Shown: positions 17,886-28,494, counted from the stretch's first letter. The stretch: DNA of 64,000 bases from Anaerovoracaceae bacterium (GCA_051883075.1 JBJETA010000005.1:8126-72125); one strand, 5' to 3'. Program-made: numbers and translations. Notes: generated from the sequence alone by a model not told the origin.

Positions 17886-19871
17886 TTATTCGGTTGTACT
17901 TAATATTTCATTCTGCTTTTCAACCTGGCTTACTTTCATCCTGTCGGCAGAATCAAGTTCCACTTCTTCCTGAAGACCCAGTATCGAAGGTCCCAAGAAT
18001 ATGGTTTTCAGTATTTCTCCGTCAAGAGAAATCTTACTGTATTCCGTAAAGTTCTCACCCTTGATGTACAATCTTTCACCGATTTTTACAACCTCAGTTA
18101 CCTTGATAGGCTTTACTCCCATTTGAAGCTTTGTAGGCTCATACGGATTTTTCTCATTAAATACATAACGGTTTCCGTAAAGCATATCGTACTCAAGCAT
18201 CTTCATATCCTGCTTATATGTCTGGCTGTCTTTATGGTTCTGATGATACTTAATCATAACACCCATATCAAAGCCTATTCTGTCAAAAATTTCGGCAGCA
18301 ACCTGATATGAGCATAAGTCTTCATCTATTTTCTTCAGAGGCTTTTTAAAGTTGTTCCAGATTACATACTGTGTGTTGAACAGTGAGCCTGTTCTCATAT
18401 CAGCTTCCGTCATTTCCAGAGCAGGCAGATGATCGCCGTATATTACCATAATTACATCTTCATCATAAGCTTCCAGCTTTTCTATAAGCTCCGCAAGGAA
18501 CTTGTCCATTTCATAAATCTGATTTACATAGTATTCATACTGCCATTTAAGCTCCTCAGACGGTGCTTCTGTAACTACTATTTCAGGATTTTCAAGCACC
18601 TGTTCCGTAGGATACTGCCCATGTCCTTGTACTGAGCAGGTGTAAATAAAATCTTCTTCCTCCGTAGAGTTCAGAGCATCAAATATCTGTTCTGTGAGGA
18701 TGCTGTCTTTTGCCCAGTTTTTAGGCGTTTTTACAACATTGTTCATATACTCGAGGCATGTAAATGTATCAAAGCCCAGATTCTTGAAAACTTTATTCCT
18801 TCCGTAAAACGCTCCTCTGTGATTGTGAATGGCATGTGCTGAATAGCCCACACTCTTTAAAAGGTACGGAACGCTTTCACAGGTTTCTTCCTTCAGTATA
18901 GACTTGTATGGGTATTCGCCCGGACCGAAGAACTTGACGCTCATGCCTGTCAGCATTTCAAACTCTGTATTTGCAGTACCTGCACCGACAGCTGGTACTG
19001 TAAGATATCCTGAGGAATATTCTCCGAGAAGCTTCCTGAAGGTAGGTATAGGGTCCTGTGAGAAGGAATAACCCTTCACCATAGTCGGGTCTATAAAAGA
19101 TTCCATTTGCAGAAAAATTACGTTAGTATGTTTTTTTCCGTCATCTAAAACTTCAGGCTCGGCATAATTGTTTTCTCCAAGCTCCTGCTGCTCAAAAATA
19201 TTCAGAACCGCATCCTTAGAATAGTTTACAGGCTGTCTTATCCCTGTATTTAACCATGTATTAATGAAACAGTACGGAACACCGTAGTCACGGTATGCAT
19301 ACTGTAGATTTCCGAAGAAGGTTTCAACAACCTTTGTCTGGACGGCAAGCTCTGTTGCACCAAAAAGAGAAATACACACAGCCAGAAAAGCAGCAATGCT
19401 CTTCTTATAGTTCATAGGTTTTTTTCTCTTTGGACCGAACCAGAACAAAAGACCCAAAAGAACCAGCCCTACAATAATAGCCGCCACAAGCATTATTATC
19501 TCAGTAGTATTAAGATAGTTTGCTATGATATCGACTCCGCCGTCAAGCACCGCAATATCCTTTGTTGTAAACGGCGTCATTCTGTTGCTCAGTATAACCC
19601 CGTTGGTAATGCCCAGTGCCATCCAGAGCAGTGAAACCACCACATATACGAACACTCTTCTTTTTACCAGAAAAGCCACAGACAAGGTTGCAAAAATAAT
19701 CAGAACATTATACAGAAATACTGCCGGTGAATGGATAAAAAATCCAATACCCTCAAACAACGAGTGTCTTGATATAGATTCAACCGCAAGGTTAAGTATA
19801 AACGCAAGAACGGCACAGAAACCTCCTGCATTACAAAAATACTTTATAAAAATACTCTTAAATTTCTCCAT
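17886..19871 (-). CDS. ltaS: LTA synthase family protein (sulfatase-domain, polytopic N-terminus)
   Basis: Five N-terminal TM helices followed by an extracellular sulfatase domain (LQMESF, GTANTEFEMLTG, HGQYP, YGDHLP). Confidence 0.85.
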   Translation of the reverse strand: MEKFKSIFIKYFCNAGGFCAVLAFILNLAVESISRHSLFEGIGFFIHSPAVFLYNVLIIFATLSVAFLVKRRVFVYVVVSLLWMALGITNGVILSNRMTPFTTKDIAVLDGGVDIIANYLNTTEIIMLVAAIIVGLVLLGLLFWFGPKRKKPMNYKKSIAAFLAVCISLFGATELAVQTKVVETFFGNLQYAYRDYGVPYCFINTWLNTGIRQPVNYSKDAVLNIFEQQELGENNYAEPEVLDDGKKHTNVIFLQMESFIDPTMVKGYSFSQDPIPTFRKLLGEYSSGYLTVPAVGAGTANTEFEMLTGMSVKFFGPGEYPYKSILKEETCESVPYLLKSVGYSAHAIHNHRGAFYGRNKVFKNLGFDTFTCLEYMNNVVKTPKNWAKDSILTEQIFDALNSTEEEDFIYTCSVQGHGQYPTEQVLENPEIVVTEAPSEELKWQYEYYVNQIYEMDKFLAELIEKLEAYDEDVIMVIYGDHLPALEMTEADMRTGSLFNTQYVIWNNFKKPLKKIDEDLCSYQVAAEIFDRIGFDMGVMIKYHQNHKDSQTYKQDMKMLEYDMLYGNRYVFNEKNPYEPTKLQMGVKPIKVTEVVKIGERLYIKGENFTEYSKISLDGEILKTIFLGPSILGLQEEVELDSADRMKVSQVEKQNEILSTTE

Positions 19872-19925
19872 CTTCTTTTCCTCTGTAAATTTAATCCTTT
19901 TCCTTTTTACCCTTTGTTTTGTTTA

Positions 19926-20801
19926 TCACTTCGTTTTTTCATACACAGCATTTGCAAGCATGGCAAACTCTTCTATATTCATCGTTTCCGCACGCCTTCC
20001 GGGGTCGATTCCTATCAGATTTAAAACTTCCCCGACATCTGCCTTTGACATGCCGTTTACTCCTGTCAGCGAATTTGACATAGTTTTTCTTCTCTGTCCA
20101 AAACCGGCTTTTATGCACTGGAAAAACAGTTTTTCATCCTTCAGCGTTACAGGTTTTTCCTTTCGTATATCGAGACGTATAACAGTAGAATCCACTTTCG
20201 GATTCGGTACGAAAACTTCCTTAGGCGCATTTACCACATGTGCAACGGTACAATAATACTGCACAGCCACTGACAATGCTCCGTAGGCTTTAGTTCCGGC
20301 TTCAGCTTTTATTCTGTCAGCCACTTCCTTCTGCATCATGATAGTGATGCTGTCAGCCCTTACCCCGTCCTCTAAAATCTTCATAATGATAGGCGTGGTA
20401 ATGTAATAAGGCAGATTCCCGATAATTTTTACACCGGTTCGCTCCTTTCCGTTTATAAGGCTGTTTTCGTCAATAACTTCATTTAAATCCGTTTTTAATA
20501 TATCTCTGTTGATGATTTCAACATTGTCATGTTCCTTTAAGGTTTCCTGCAATATAGGAATAAGATTTTTATCTATCTCCACAGCAATAACCTTCCCTGC
20601 CGCTTCAGCGGCCTCATGCGTAAGGACACCAATGCCGGGGCCTATTTCAATAACCAGGTCCTGCTCACCGATAAAAGAATCCTCTATAATTTTGTCAATG
20701 ATATGCTTGTCCGTTAAAAAGTTCTGTCCCAGACTCTTTGAAAGCTTAAAGCCGTATTTGTCTTTTATACTTCTTATTGTAGATGGTGCATATAATTTCA
20801 T
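19926..20801 (-). CDS. rsmA: 16S rRNA (adenine1518/1519-N6)-dimethyltransferase
   Basis: KSLGQNFL, the EIGPGIGVLT SAM motif and NLPYYITTPI. Confidence 0.95.
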   Translation of the reverse strand: MKLYAPSTIRSIKDKYGFKLSKSLGQNFLTDKHIIDKIIEDSFIGEQDLVIEIGPGIGVLTHEAAEAAGKVIAVEIDKNLIPILQETLKEHDNVEIINRDILKTDLNEVIDENSLINGKERTGVKIIGNLPYYITTPIIMKILEDGVRADSITIMMQKEVADRIKAEAGTKAYGALSVAVQYYCTVAHVVNAPKEVFVPNPKVDSTVIRLDIRKEKPVTLKDEKLFFQCIKAGFGQRRKTMSNSLTGVNGMSKADVGEVLNLIGIDPGRRAETMNIEEFAMLANAVYEKTK

Positions 20802-21337
20802 TAAAGTTTTCCCGCTTTCTCTTCAACTTGCTCTCTTTTTATACCGTACTGGTTAAGCTTGTTTAAAAATGCCGCCGCATTTCCGTACCCGATTCCCAGT
20901 ATCTTGCCCAGCTCAGCCCTCTTTGCAGATGAGCCCTCCGCTCCGGACAATCCGTATTTTCTCAAATCCGCCATTGAAAATTCTTTTTCTATGACCTTCA
21001 TTGTGCACTGTGCCTTCTCCAGAGCCTCCAGAATAGCCTCCGGTTTTGCGTTTTCTATGCCTATATCATCACCCTTTATTGCATCCTTTCTTGCAAGAAA
21101 GGCTTCCTTTGCTTCGGGAAATCTTTCTTTTATTCTTTTTCTTATTTCCTCCCCGGCAAAGTCAGGATCCGTAAATATAATAATCCCTCTGGTATTATAT
21201 GCCTTTTCTATAAGCTCCCAGGTTTCCTTTGCTATGCCAAACCCATGTGTGGCAATAGTTTCAGTGTCTATGGCCCTTTTTACCGCCGCCTGGTCATCTC
21301 GTCCTTCTACCACGATAACTTCCGCAATACTTTCCAT
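20801..21337 (-). CDS. rnmV: Ribonuclease M5 (TOPRIM)
   Basis: VVEGRDD, the FTDPDFAGEEIR TOPRIM motifs, and conserved rnmV-rsmA synteny. Confidence 0.9.
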   Translation of the reverse strand: MESIAEVIVVEGRDDQAAVKRAIDTETIATHGFGIAKETWELIEKAYNTRGIIIFTDPDFAGEEIRKRIKERFPEAKEAFLARKDAIKGDDIGIENAKPEAILEALEKAQCTMKVIEKEFSMADLRKYGLSGAEGSSAKRAELGKILGIGYGNAAAFLNKLNQYGIKREQVEEKAGKL

Positions 21338-21355
21338 TTGTTTTCCTTTCTCAAT

Positions 21356-21850
21356 TTAGTCAGCCTCATCTCCTGCCGGAAGCAGATTCATACTTCCCTC
21401 AGTACTTACTACAGTCTTCTCATCATCGCTCTGAGGAAGTATATACATAACTTCACCCAGTTTTACCATCTTAAGCTGCTCTCTTGCCTGCTCCTCTACA
21501 TATTCCGGATTGTTTACGTTTCCAAGCTCCTCCCGCAGATCTTCTTTTTCCTGCTGGAGTGCCTGATTTTCCTTAATTATATCACTGTATTCCTGTTTTA
21601 ACGAATATACCTTAAAAATCGATACTCCTATAATGGCCGCGATACACAGAACAACTCCTCCATAAACCAGTCGTCTTCTGTTTTTCTGGCTGCTTTTTCT
21701 TTCCGATACCTCCTGTACCGTATGCTTTTTCCCTTGCTTCTTTTCAAGGGCTTTTTTTCTGCGGTCTCTTCTTTCCGCTCTTGCCTGCTCTATGTCTATA
21801 ACTTTGTCCGAGTTTTTAAATTCCCGGCTTCTTCTCTTTCGTTTGAACAT
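21356..21850 (-). CDS. divIC: Septum formation initiator family protein (DivIC/FtsB-like)
   Basis: Basic N-terminus, a single TM helix, a coiled-coil (LKQEYSDIIKENQALQQEKEDLREEL) and yabP-yabQ-divIC synteny. Confidence 0.7.
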   Translation of the reverse strand: MFKRKRRSREFKNSDKVIDIEQARAERRDRRKKALEKKQGKKHTVQEVSERKSSQKNRRRLVYGGVVLCIAAIIGVSIFKVYSLKQEYSDIIKENQALQQEKEDLREELGNVNNPEYVEEQAREQLKMVKLGEVMYILPQSDDEKTVVSTEGSMNLLPAGDEAD

Positions 21851-21856
21851 ACCTAA

Positions 21857-22201
21857 TCACCCATTTTTCATTTTATCACAAAAAAAATTTCTCCACAAGA
21901 AAACACCGCATATAAATGCGACCATTATGTGAATTTTCAATGCCCCCAAAGAACAGAAGTACAAAAAATCACACGTAACCACTGCCGCAAAAATCCAGAA
22001 AATAACTTCGGACAGGAAATTTAAAACCACATTTTTAACAAAAGCTCCTATATACCGTTTATAAAAGCCGTAAAGAATGGCTACAATCATGCCGCAGCCA
22101 AGCATAACGGTAAATTCCAGAGCCTGCCCCCTTATGAGCTCCGTTATGACTATACTCTCTTTTGCGGCTTTCACTACAGCTGAACCTGAAGATACAATCA
22201 T
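21857..22201 (-). CDS. yabQ: Spore cortex biosynthesis protein YabQ-like small membrane protein
   Basis: A small polytopic membrane protein immediately after yabP, overlapping it by 1 nt. The call rests mainly on synteny. Confidence 0.6.
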   Translation of the reverse strand: MIVSSGSAVVKAAKESIVITELIRGQALEFTVMLGCGMIVAILYGFYKRYIGAFVKNVVLNFLSEVIFWIFAAVVTCDFLYFCSLGALKIHIMVAFICGVFLWRNFFCDKMKNG

Positions 22202-22500
22202 TACTCAAAAATCCTCTTCCATATACTCTTCTCATTCTTTTCTTTTTTTACCGTATATGCTACCGAATTTATAAAGCCCGTAACGATTACCTTTCCTTCT
22301 CCCAGATCAAGCTTCTGTATATGCAGCTTTTCACCCTTTATAACCATGCCACCGTTTTTGAGCATTATCATGACAGTTTCTTCATTGAAGCTGTCAACAT
22401 CAGCAACCTCCGTTACCGTCATCCTTTCTCTGTTATCTATATTTACAACATGATTTTCCATACAGCATCCCTCCTGTATTTCCATCATATTCACAACCAA
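22201..22500 (-). CDS. yabP: Sporulation protein YabP
   Basis: About 100 aa with the YabP/YqfC-type pattern (VTEV..FNEE.V......G.MVIKGE.LHI..L....GKV.V.G.I). Confidence 0.85.
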   Translation of the reverse strand: MVVNMMEIQEGCCMENHVVNIDNRERMTVTEVADVDSFNEETVMIMLKNGGMVIKGEKLHIQKLDLGEGKVIVTGFINSVAYTVKKEKNEKSIWKRIFE

Positions 22501-22530
22501 AAAAAATAGTACCCGGATAAGGTACTATTT
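22499..22530 (-). terminator. Intrinsic terminator after the histidine kinase gene
   Basis: On the minus strand, ATAGTACC ... GGTACTAT is followed by TTTTTTTT. Confidence 0.7.
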
Positions 22531-22559
22531 CATATTTATAAGTTTATAAGCTCTGATTA

Positions 22560-24389
22560 TTATTCTATGTTGCTTATGCCCCGTTTAACCGAAAGCGGCA
22601 GGGTAACTGTCACCTTGGTGCCCTTTCCATCCTTACTTTCAAGACTGATGGTGCCTTTATGACTTTCAACTATCTGCTTTGATATGGCAAGCCCCAGACC
22701 TGTACCGCCCATGGCCCTTGAACGCGCCTTGTCAACACGGAAGAAGCGTTCAAACACACGGCTTTGCTCACTTTCAGGTATGCCTATACCGTTATCCGCA
22801 ACGGTTATAACTGCATTTCCGTCCAGCTTCATGCCGTCTATGTCTATTCGTCCGCCTTCATGGGTGTACTTTATGGCATTACTGATAATGTTCAGCAGCA
22901 CCTGCTCTATCCTGTCTTTATCCATATCCACGTTAATGACCTCATCCTCGCTGAAGATGCAGTTCAGATGCTGGTCCTTTCCCGCTGCGGTAAGCTCGAC
23001 TTTTTTAACTGCCGATTTCAGCAAAGGTATGATGTTGCCCTGCTTTGTCTGCAGGATTTCCCTGTTGTTGTCAAGCCGTGAAAGCTGAAGCAGGTCTTTT
23101 ACCAGACGGTTCATTCGGTCCGCCTCGTTATCCACAATGCTTAAAAATTCATGCACCGTTTCCGGGTCATCAACATATCCGTCAAGAAGAGTCTCCGTAT
23201 AGCTCTTGATTGTTGTCAAAGGTGTTTTCAGCTCATGCGATACATTTGCAACAAAGTCCATCTGCATATTTTCAAGCTTCTGCTTCTGGGTAATGTCCTG
23301 AAGCAGCATAATGATGCCTATATTACTTCCGCCTTCGTCCTTATACCAGTCACACCTCATTGCATAGGTAAAGCCGCCTTTTTCGAATACATCTGAAAAT
23401 TCCCTTTCTCTGAACTTCTCTATAAGATGCTCCAGAGTAAGTCCTTCATTCAGTTCTGCAATAATGCTGTCATAAGTCCTGCTTTCGATTTCTTCAGGTG
23501 TTACTTTCAGAATCCTCATGGCAGCAGGATTCGCATGTATAATCTGTCCGTCAAGATTTACCGCAATCAGGCCGTCCGTCATATTTTTCAGGATTGTTTC
23601 CAGCTTGTTTTTTTCACCTGACATCTCCGAAAGAGTTGCATCAAGCTGTGTACGCAGCAGGTTAAACATATATGCAAGCCTTCCGATTTCATCCTCAGCC
23701 TTTACCGTAACCTCCTGGGAAAAGTCTCCCTGTGCCATTTTTTCCGCTTTTTCCGTCACATCATTAATCGGTGTGGTAATGCTTTTGGCTATAAAGGTTC
23801 CCAGTATAACCGTAATCGCCAGACCGACAATCATCGCCTGTATAAATATCTGCTTTGACTGGTTTATGGTATCGTTTACATTTGTCATATCGGCACGGAT
23901 ATAAATAACCCCGGAAATATTGTCTCCCTCTCCCAGAGGAAACGCCATATTCATAACAGGTATGGCACTGCTCTGATTTGAGATTTTGCTGTACGACTGT
24001 GATACCTCTCCGTTAAAAAGCGCATTGTATATAAGGTCAGGCTCAAGCAGCTCAAACGCACTTATTCCATGATTTGCATTGTTTGATGCTATTATCATGA
24101 ATTTATCATCAATAACAAATATTTCTTCCTGTATGGTTCTGCTCCACGCCTCAATATTCGCCTGTATTTCTTCCTGATAATCCCTGAGGTTTTCATACGA
24201 GTTAAGAGAGGTTATAAGTGTACCCTCCTGAACTGTATTTATAAGATTCACCTTTGTTGAGTTTATATAGTAATCCTCAAGCTTGTTTACTATCAGAACT
24301 CCTATAATAACCGTAGCGATAAAAACCAGCAGACAGTATATAAGGACCAGTTTCCATCTCATGCTTCGGCCGAATTCGCTTATTTTCAT
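22560..24389 (-). CDS. Sensor histidine kinase (TM - extracellular domain - TM - HAMP - PAS - HisKA - HATPase), WalK/PhoR-like
   Basis: H-box FVANVSHELKTPLT, N-box NAIKYT, G-boxes DNGIGI and GGTGLGLAI. HAMP and PAS segments are present. Confidence 0.9.
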   Translation of the reverse strand: MKISEFGRSMRWKLVLIYCLLVFIATVIIGVLIVNKLEDYYINSTKVNLINTVQEGTLITSLNSYENLRDYQEEIQANIEAWSRTIQEEIFVIDDKFMIIASNNANHGISAFELLEPDLIYNALFNGEVSQSYSKISNQSSAIPVMNMAFPLGEGDNISGVIYIRADMTNVNDTINQSKQIFIQAMIVGLAITVILGTFIAKSITTPINDVTEKAEKMAQGDFSQEVTVKAEDEIGRLAYMFNLLRTQLDATLSEMSGEKNKLETILKNMTDGLIAVNLDGQIIHANPAAMRILKVTPEEIESRTYDSIIAELNEGLTLEHLIEKFREREFSDVFEKGGFTYAMRCDWYKDEGGSNIGIIMLLQDITQKQKLENMQMDFVANVSHELKTPLTTIKSYTETLLDGYVDDPETVHEFLSIVDNEADRMNRLVKDLLQLSRLDNNREILQTKQGNIIPLLKSAVKKVELTAAGKDQHLNCIFSEDEVINVDMDKDRIEQVLLNIISNAIKYTHEGGRIDIDGMKLDGNAVITVADNGIGIPESEQSRVFERFFRVDKARSRAMGGTGLGLAISKQIVESHKGTISLESKDGKGTKVTVTLPLSVKRGISNIE

Positions 24390-24392
24390 ATC

Positions 24393-25094
24393 CTATGGTC
24401 TCCTGAAGTAATAGCCTATGCCCCTTTTAGTCATTATATATGAAGGATTGCTGGAATCATCCTCCAGCTTTTCCCTCAGCCTTCTTATCGTTACATCTAC
24501 GGTTCTTATATCGCCGTAATATTCATAGCCCCAGACTTCTTCCAGAAGCTGCTCTCTGGAAAACACCTTGTTTTCTCTCTCTGCGAGATATTTTAAAAGT
24601 TCAAATTCCCTTACCGAAAGCTCTAAGTCCTTGTTGTCCTTGCGGACTTCATAACGGTTCATGTCTATCTCAAGATTTCCGAACTTCTGAATATCCGAAG
24701 GCTCAGTGTTTTCAGCAGAAGCCATGATATCGGTCCTTCTCAGGTTAGCCTTTATTCTCGCAATAAGCTCCCTCATGCCGAAAGGCTTTGTGATATAGTC
24801 GTCAGCTCCCAGCTCAAGACCAAGAACCTTGTCAACCTCTTCTTCCTTTGCAGTCAGCATGATAATGGGTACCATGCTGCTTTCCCTTACATTTTTGCAT
24901 ACCTGGAAGCCGTCCATGGAAGGCAGCATCACATCAAGCAAAATTAAATCAGGGTTTTCATTTAAGGCCTTTCCCAGCCCTTCCTTTCCGTCATAGGCAG
25001 TGTCAACTTCAAAGCCTTCTTTTTTTAAGTTGAATTTTATAATATCTGAAATCGCTTTTTCATCTTCGATAATCAATATCTTTTTAGAGTCCAT
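24393..25094 (-). CDS. OmpR-family response regulator (WalR/PhoP-like)
   Basis: Receiver domain (ILIIEDE, LDVMLP, LTAK) and a winged-helix C-terminus (TVDVTIRRLREKL, GIGYYF). The start is set at ATG 25094, which has a GGAGG RBS. The ORF track start at 25163 is unlikely. Confidence 0.9.
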   Translation of the reverse strand: MDSKKILIIEDEKAISDIIKFNLKKEGFEVDTAYDGKEGLGKALNENPDLILLDVMLPSMDGFQVCKNVRESSMVPIIMLTAKEEEVDKVLGLELGADDYITKPFGMRELIARIKANLRRTDIMASAENTEPSDIQKFGNLEIDMNRYEVRKDNKDLELSVREFELLKYLAERENKVFSREQLLEEVWGYEYYGDIRTVDVTIRRLREKLEDDSSNPSYIMTKRGIGYYFRRP

Positions 25095-25133
25095 GTATAA
25101 GACCTCCTGTTTGTTAGTTTGTGCAGTTCTTAG

Positions 25134-25162
25134 TATTATATCAAAAAAAACGCTTTCGGGCA
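25134..25162 (-). promoter_or_regulatory. Candidate extended -10 promoter for the two-component operon
   Basis: On the minus strand: TTGCCC, 17 nt, then TG-n-TATAAT. Confidence 0.35.
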
Positions 25163-25164
25163 AA

Positions 25165-26157
25165 TTACTCTACAATGGTGATACCGTCAAACAGTTCTTT
25201 TTCCATGGCTTTCCTGTGGTGCGGAGTATTAATTCCGGGCATTCCTCCTGTATGTATGAACAGCACCTTTTCTCCCTTTGCGATAGTTCCGTTTGCAACC
25301 ATTTTCTTTAAGGCAGCATAGGTTTTGCCTGTATAGCAAGGGTCTATAATAATAGCCTCTCTTCGCGCCATTTCATACATAGCCTCTCTTACCTCCGGCA
25401 GCGGATTGTTATACCCTCCTCCCGTAAATTCCGTCTTTATATCAAAATCTTCCTTCTTAACATCATAATCAAGCCCCCAGTCTGCTTTTATCTTTTCAAA
25501 ATAATCAAGGGCATACTGCTGCGGATCATCATAAAACGGAGCAATCATTACTCCCGTGAGCTTTACAGCCGTATCATGCAGGCCGCAGAAAAGTCCCATG
25601 TATGTACCCATGCTTCCCACAGTAACAACAACCCTTCCCTCCGGCATCTGCTTAAGGATTTCCTGTGCACACTCATAGTATCCGAGTGCGCCCAGTGAAT
25701 TTGAACCTCCCATAGGTATGTAATACGGCTTTTCACCCTGTTCCTCATATCTCTTCATCACTTTTTCAGAGGTTTCCTTCAAAGGTCCGTCACCGCCTTT
25801 GTGCAAGACAACTTCAGCTCCCATCATTCTGTCCAGAAGAATATTTGCCGAAATCTCTCCGGGATAGTCGTCTTCCGAAACTATGGTGCATTTCATGCCG
25901 TATTTTGCAGCAACCGCAGCTGTAAGTCTTCCATGGTTTGTCTGTGCTCCTCCTACCGTAACAAGTGCTGTACAGCCTTTATCCTTTGCGTCCTTCAGAA
26001 AATATTCAAGCTTTCTGAGCTTATTGCCTCCCGCACCGAGACCTGTTAAATCGTCTCTTTTTATATATAGTTCAATGCCCAGATCTCCTGATAAATTTTC
26101 AAGCTTCTCTACAGGTGTTGGCAGATGTAAAAACGATACCTTTTCATGTCCGAACAT
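25165..26157 (-). CDS. D-cysteine desulfhydrase / ACC deaminase family PLP enzyme
   Basis: GGNKLRKLEYFL (PLP lysine), GGAQTNHGR, and a C-terminal HTGG. The start is set at ATG 26157 after GGAGGAG. Confidence 0.85.
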   Translation of the reverse strand: MFGHEKVSFLHLPTPVEKLENLSGDLGIELYIKRDDLTGLGAGGNKLRKLEYFLKDAKDKGCTALVTVGGAQTNHGRLTAAVAAKYGMKCTIVSEDDYPGEISANILLDRMMGAEVVLHKGGDGPLKETSEKVMKRYEEQGEKPYYIPMGGSNSLGALGYYECAQEILKQMPEGRVVVTVGSMGTYMGLFCGLHDTAVKLTGVMIAPFYDDPQQYALDYFEKIKADWGLDYDVKKEDFDIKTEFTGGGYNNPLPEVREAMYEMARREAIIIDPCYTGKTYAALKKMVANGTIAKGEKVLFIHTGGMPGINTPHHRKAMEKELFDGITIVE

Positions 26158-26227
26158 TTTCTCCTCCAATCTGCGGGGCTAACCGCACAATCCTCTATTT
26201 TAGAATTTTCTTATTTTTTATTTTACC

Positions 26228-26255
26228 ATAAAAACAGGGGCGGTTAAACCGCCCC
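26228..26255 (-). terminator. Intrinsic terminator of rubrerythrin gene
   Basis: On the minus strand, GGGGCGG-TTTAA-CCGCCCC is followed by TGTTTTTAT. Confidence 0.8.
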
Positions 26256-26281
26256 ATGTCCTTATTTTTCTTATTTTTATT

Positions 26282-26815
26282 TTAGTAATTTTTTTCACTT
26301 TCTTCAAAGTAGCTCTGTGGATGGTTGCATACAGGACATACTCCCGGTGCTTCGGTTCCCTTGTGCAGATGTCCGCAGTTTCTGCATTCCCAGACGATTT
26401 CCGCAGGCTTCTCAAATACAGTATTGCTTTCAATGTTGTTCAAAAGTGCTCTGTACCTTTCTTCGTGATGCTTTTCGATTGCCGCTACCCCTCTGAACTG
26501 CTGGGCAAGGTCGGTAAAGCCCTCTTCTTCAGCCTCTCTTGCAAACTGTTCATACATATCTGTCCATTCATAATTTTCACCCTCTGCAGCCGCTTTAAGG
26601 TTCTGTGCCGTATCTCCGATTCCGTTAAGTGCCTTAAACCAGAGCTTTGCATGCTCCTTTTCGTTTTCCGCAGTCTTCAGGAATAATGCTGCAATCTGCT
26701 CATACCCTTCCTTCTTTGCCTTTGAAGCATAAAAAGTATATTTGTTTCTCGCTTCCGATTCTCCTGCAAAAGCAAGCATTAAATTTTTTTCAGTCTTTGT
26801 TCCTTTAAGTTCCAT
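26282..26815 (-). CDS. rbr: Rubrerythrin
   Basis: N-terminal diiron four-helix bundle ([26 protein letters not shown]) and a C-terminal rubredoxin-like CRNCGH...CPVCNHP. Confidence 0.95.
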   Translation of the reverse strand: MELKGTKTEKNLMLAFAGESEARNKYTFYASKAKKEGYEQIAALFLKTAENEKEHAKLWFKALNGIGDTAQNLKAAAEGENYEWTDMYEQFAREAEEEGFTDLAQQFRGVAAIEKHHEERYRALLNNIESNTVFEKPAEIVWECRNCGHLHKGTEAPGVCPVCNHPQSYFEESEKNY

Positions 26816-27034
26816 ATATGTCTCCTTTCAGAGGCAGGTGTCCATGACCTTTCTGCCCTATATAAATTTTCTTTTACATTTATTTATATATGCCCGTAAA
26901 TTCCACAATTAACCATAGTTTTAGAAATTTATCCGTGTAAATTTAAATAAATAGTTTTAAATTTGTCTTGACTATATGGTTGCTATATAGTTTAACATGT
27001 AGTTGTATACTTTTTGAGGAGAAATTTTGATATT

Positions 27035-28366
27035 ATGAACAATTCATTACAAAGGGAATTTACATTTCCCGGTTTAATAAAATTTGCTATACCTACTATA
27101 ACAATGATGATATTTACCGCTATGTATACGCTAGTAGACGGTCTTTTTGTTTCACATTTTGTCGGCACAGATGCTTTATCATCTGTTAACATTGCGTATC
27201 CCTTCTTCAATGTTATTATAGCTATCGGGGTAATGCTCGGCTCAGGAGGAAGTGCCATTATTGCTAAAAAGATGGGTGAAGGTTCTCATCGTGAGGCAAA
27301 GGAAAATTTCAGTCTTATTTTATACTTCGGCATATTTGTAGGTCTTTTAATAATGCTCTTTAGCGGGCTCTTTATGGAAAACCTTATGAGACTTTTAGGT
27401 GCTGATGACAATCTTATACAAGGCTGCCTTGACTACAGCTATATGATTCTGCCATTTACAATCCCTACTATATTGCAAATGGCTTTTCAATATCTCTTTG
27501 TAACGGCAGGAAACCCTAAGCTAGGTCTTGTTCTGACAATTATGGCAGGCATCACCAACATGATTTTAGACTATGTTTTTATTGCGCTGTTGGATCTTGG
27601 AGTAAAAGGTGCCGGTCTTGCAACGGGGATGGGTATACTTATCCCGTCAGGTGTGGGTTTTCTTATGTTTATATTTAATCGAAAGGGAACATTATGCCTG
27701 GTTAAACCGCACATTCATCCAAAAGTCATATTGAAAAGCTGTACAAACGGTGCCTCGGAGATGGTTACAGAAATGTCAAATGCAATAATCGCTTGTTTAT
27801 ACAATATTGTTATGATGCGTTTAATCGGTTCCGACGGTGTTGCCGCAATATCTATCATTCTTTATCTCGATTTTCTGATGAAGGCTGTATTCTTAGGCTT
27901 TGCCATGGGAGTTGCCCCTATCATAAGCTATAACTATGGCAGTCAGAATATACGGCAGTTAAAAAAACTATTCAAATATTCTATAAGTTTCGTTTTAACT
28001 GTTTCTATGGCTACTTTTACTTTTGCACTAACCGGTGCTTCTTTTTTGGCAGGGCTTTTTGCAGAACCGGGAACGCATGTACATGAGCTCGCTGTAACAG
28101 GCTTTAAGATTTATTGCTTCGGTTTCCTCTTTACAGGGATAAGTATTTTTTCTTCTGCCATGTTTACAGCCTTTTCAAACGGTTTGGTTTCAGCAATTAT
28201 TTCGTTTTTCAGAACCTTTCTGTTCCTTGCAGCAGGTCTCATTATCCTGCCTTTCATTATTGGCGTGACAGGTGCATGGATTTCTGCCCCTGTTGCTGAA
28301 GGAGTGGCTATGCTTACAAGCGTGATTTTCCTGTATAAATTCAGAAACAAATACCAGTATTTATAA
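27035..28366 (+). CDS. MATE family efflux transporter
   Basis: 12-TM profile with a typical MATE N-terminus (LIKFAIPTITMMIFTAMYTLVDGLFVSHFVG). ATG 27035 is preferred over the TTG at 27014. Confidence 0.9.
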   Translation: MNNSLQREFTFPGLIKFAIPTITMMIFTAMYTLVDGLFVSHFVGTDALSSVNIAYPFFNVIIAIGVMLGSGGSAIIAKKMGEGSHREAKENFSLILYFGIFVGLLIMLFSGLFMENLMRLLGADDNLIQGCLDYSYMILPFTIPTILQMAFQYLFVTAGNPKLGLVLTIMAGITNMILDYVFIALLDLGVKGAGLATGMGILIPSGVGFLMFIFNRKGTLCLVKPHIHPKVILKSCTNGASEMVTEMSNAIIACLYNIVMMRLIGSDGVAAISIILYLDFLMKAVFLGFAMGVAPIISYNYGSQNIRQLKKLFKYSISFVLTVSMATFTFALTGASFLAGLFAEPGTHVHELAVTGFKIYCFGFLFTGISIFSSAMFTAFSNGLVSAIISFFRTFLFLAAGLIILPFIIGVTGAWISAPVAEGVAMLTSVIFLYKFRNKYQYL

Positions 28367-28401
28367 GAATTGCTGTGCAAGACCTCAAGTTCAACCGAAA
28401 A

Positions 28402-28446
28402 AACGGAGATGTTCCATATCTCTTTAGTACATGGAATATCTCCGTT
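28402..28446. terminator. Bidirectional hairpin between MATE and M23 peptidase genes
   Basis: 16-bp stem AACGGAGATGTTCCAT / ATGGAATATCTCCGTT with one G-U pair. It is followed by TTTT on the minus strand and AATTTATTT on the plus strand. Confidence 0.75.
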
Positions 28447-28494
28447 AATTTATTTAAATATTAAATTTTATTTCCGGACATTATCCCGTCAAAG

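Noticed and set aside
23128-23136. An isolated perfect DnaA box, TTATCCACA, inside the histidine kinase gene.
   Set aside because: A single occurrence is compatible with chance (about 0.5 expected per 64 kb). There are no neighbouring boxes.
26218-26433. A 71-aa minus-strand ORF overlapping the rubrerythrin 3' end and its terminator.
   Set aside because: It is out of frame within rubrerythrin and runs through the terminator hairpin, so it is a spurious ORF.
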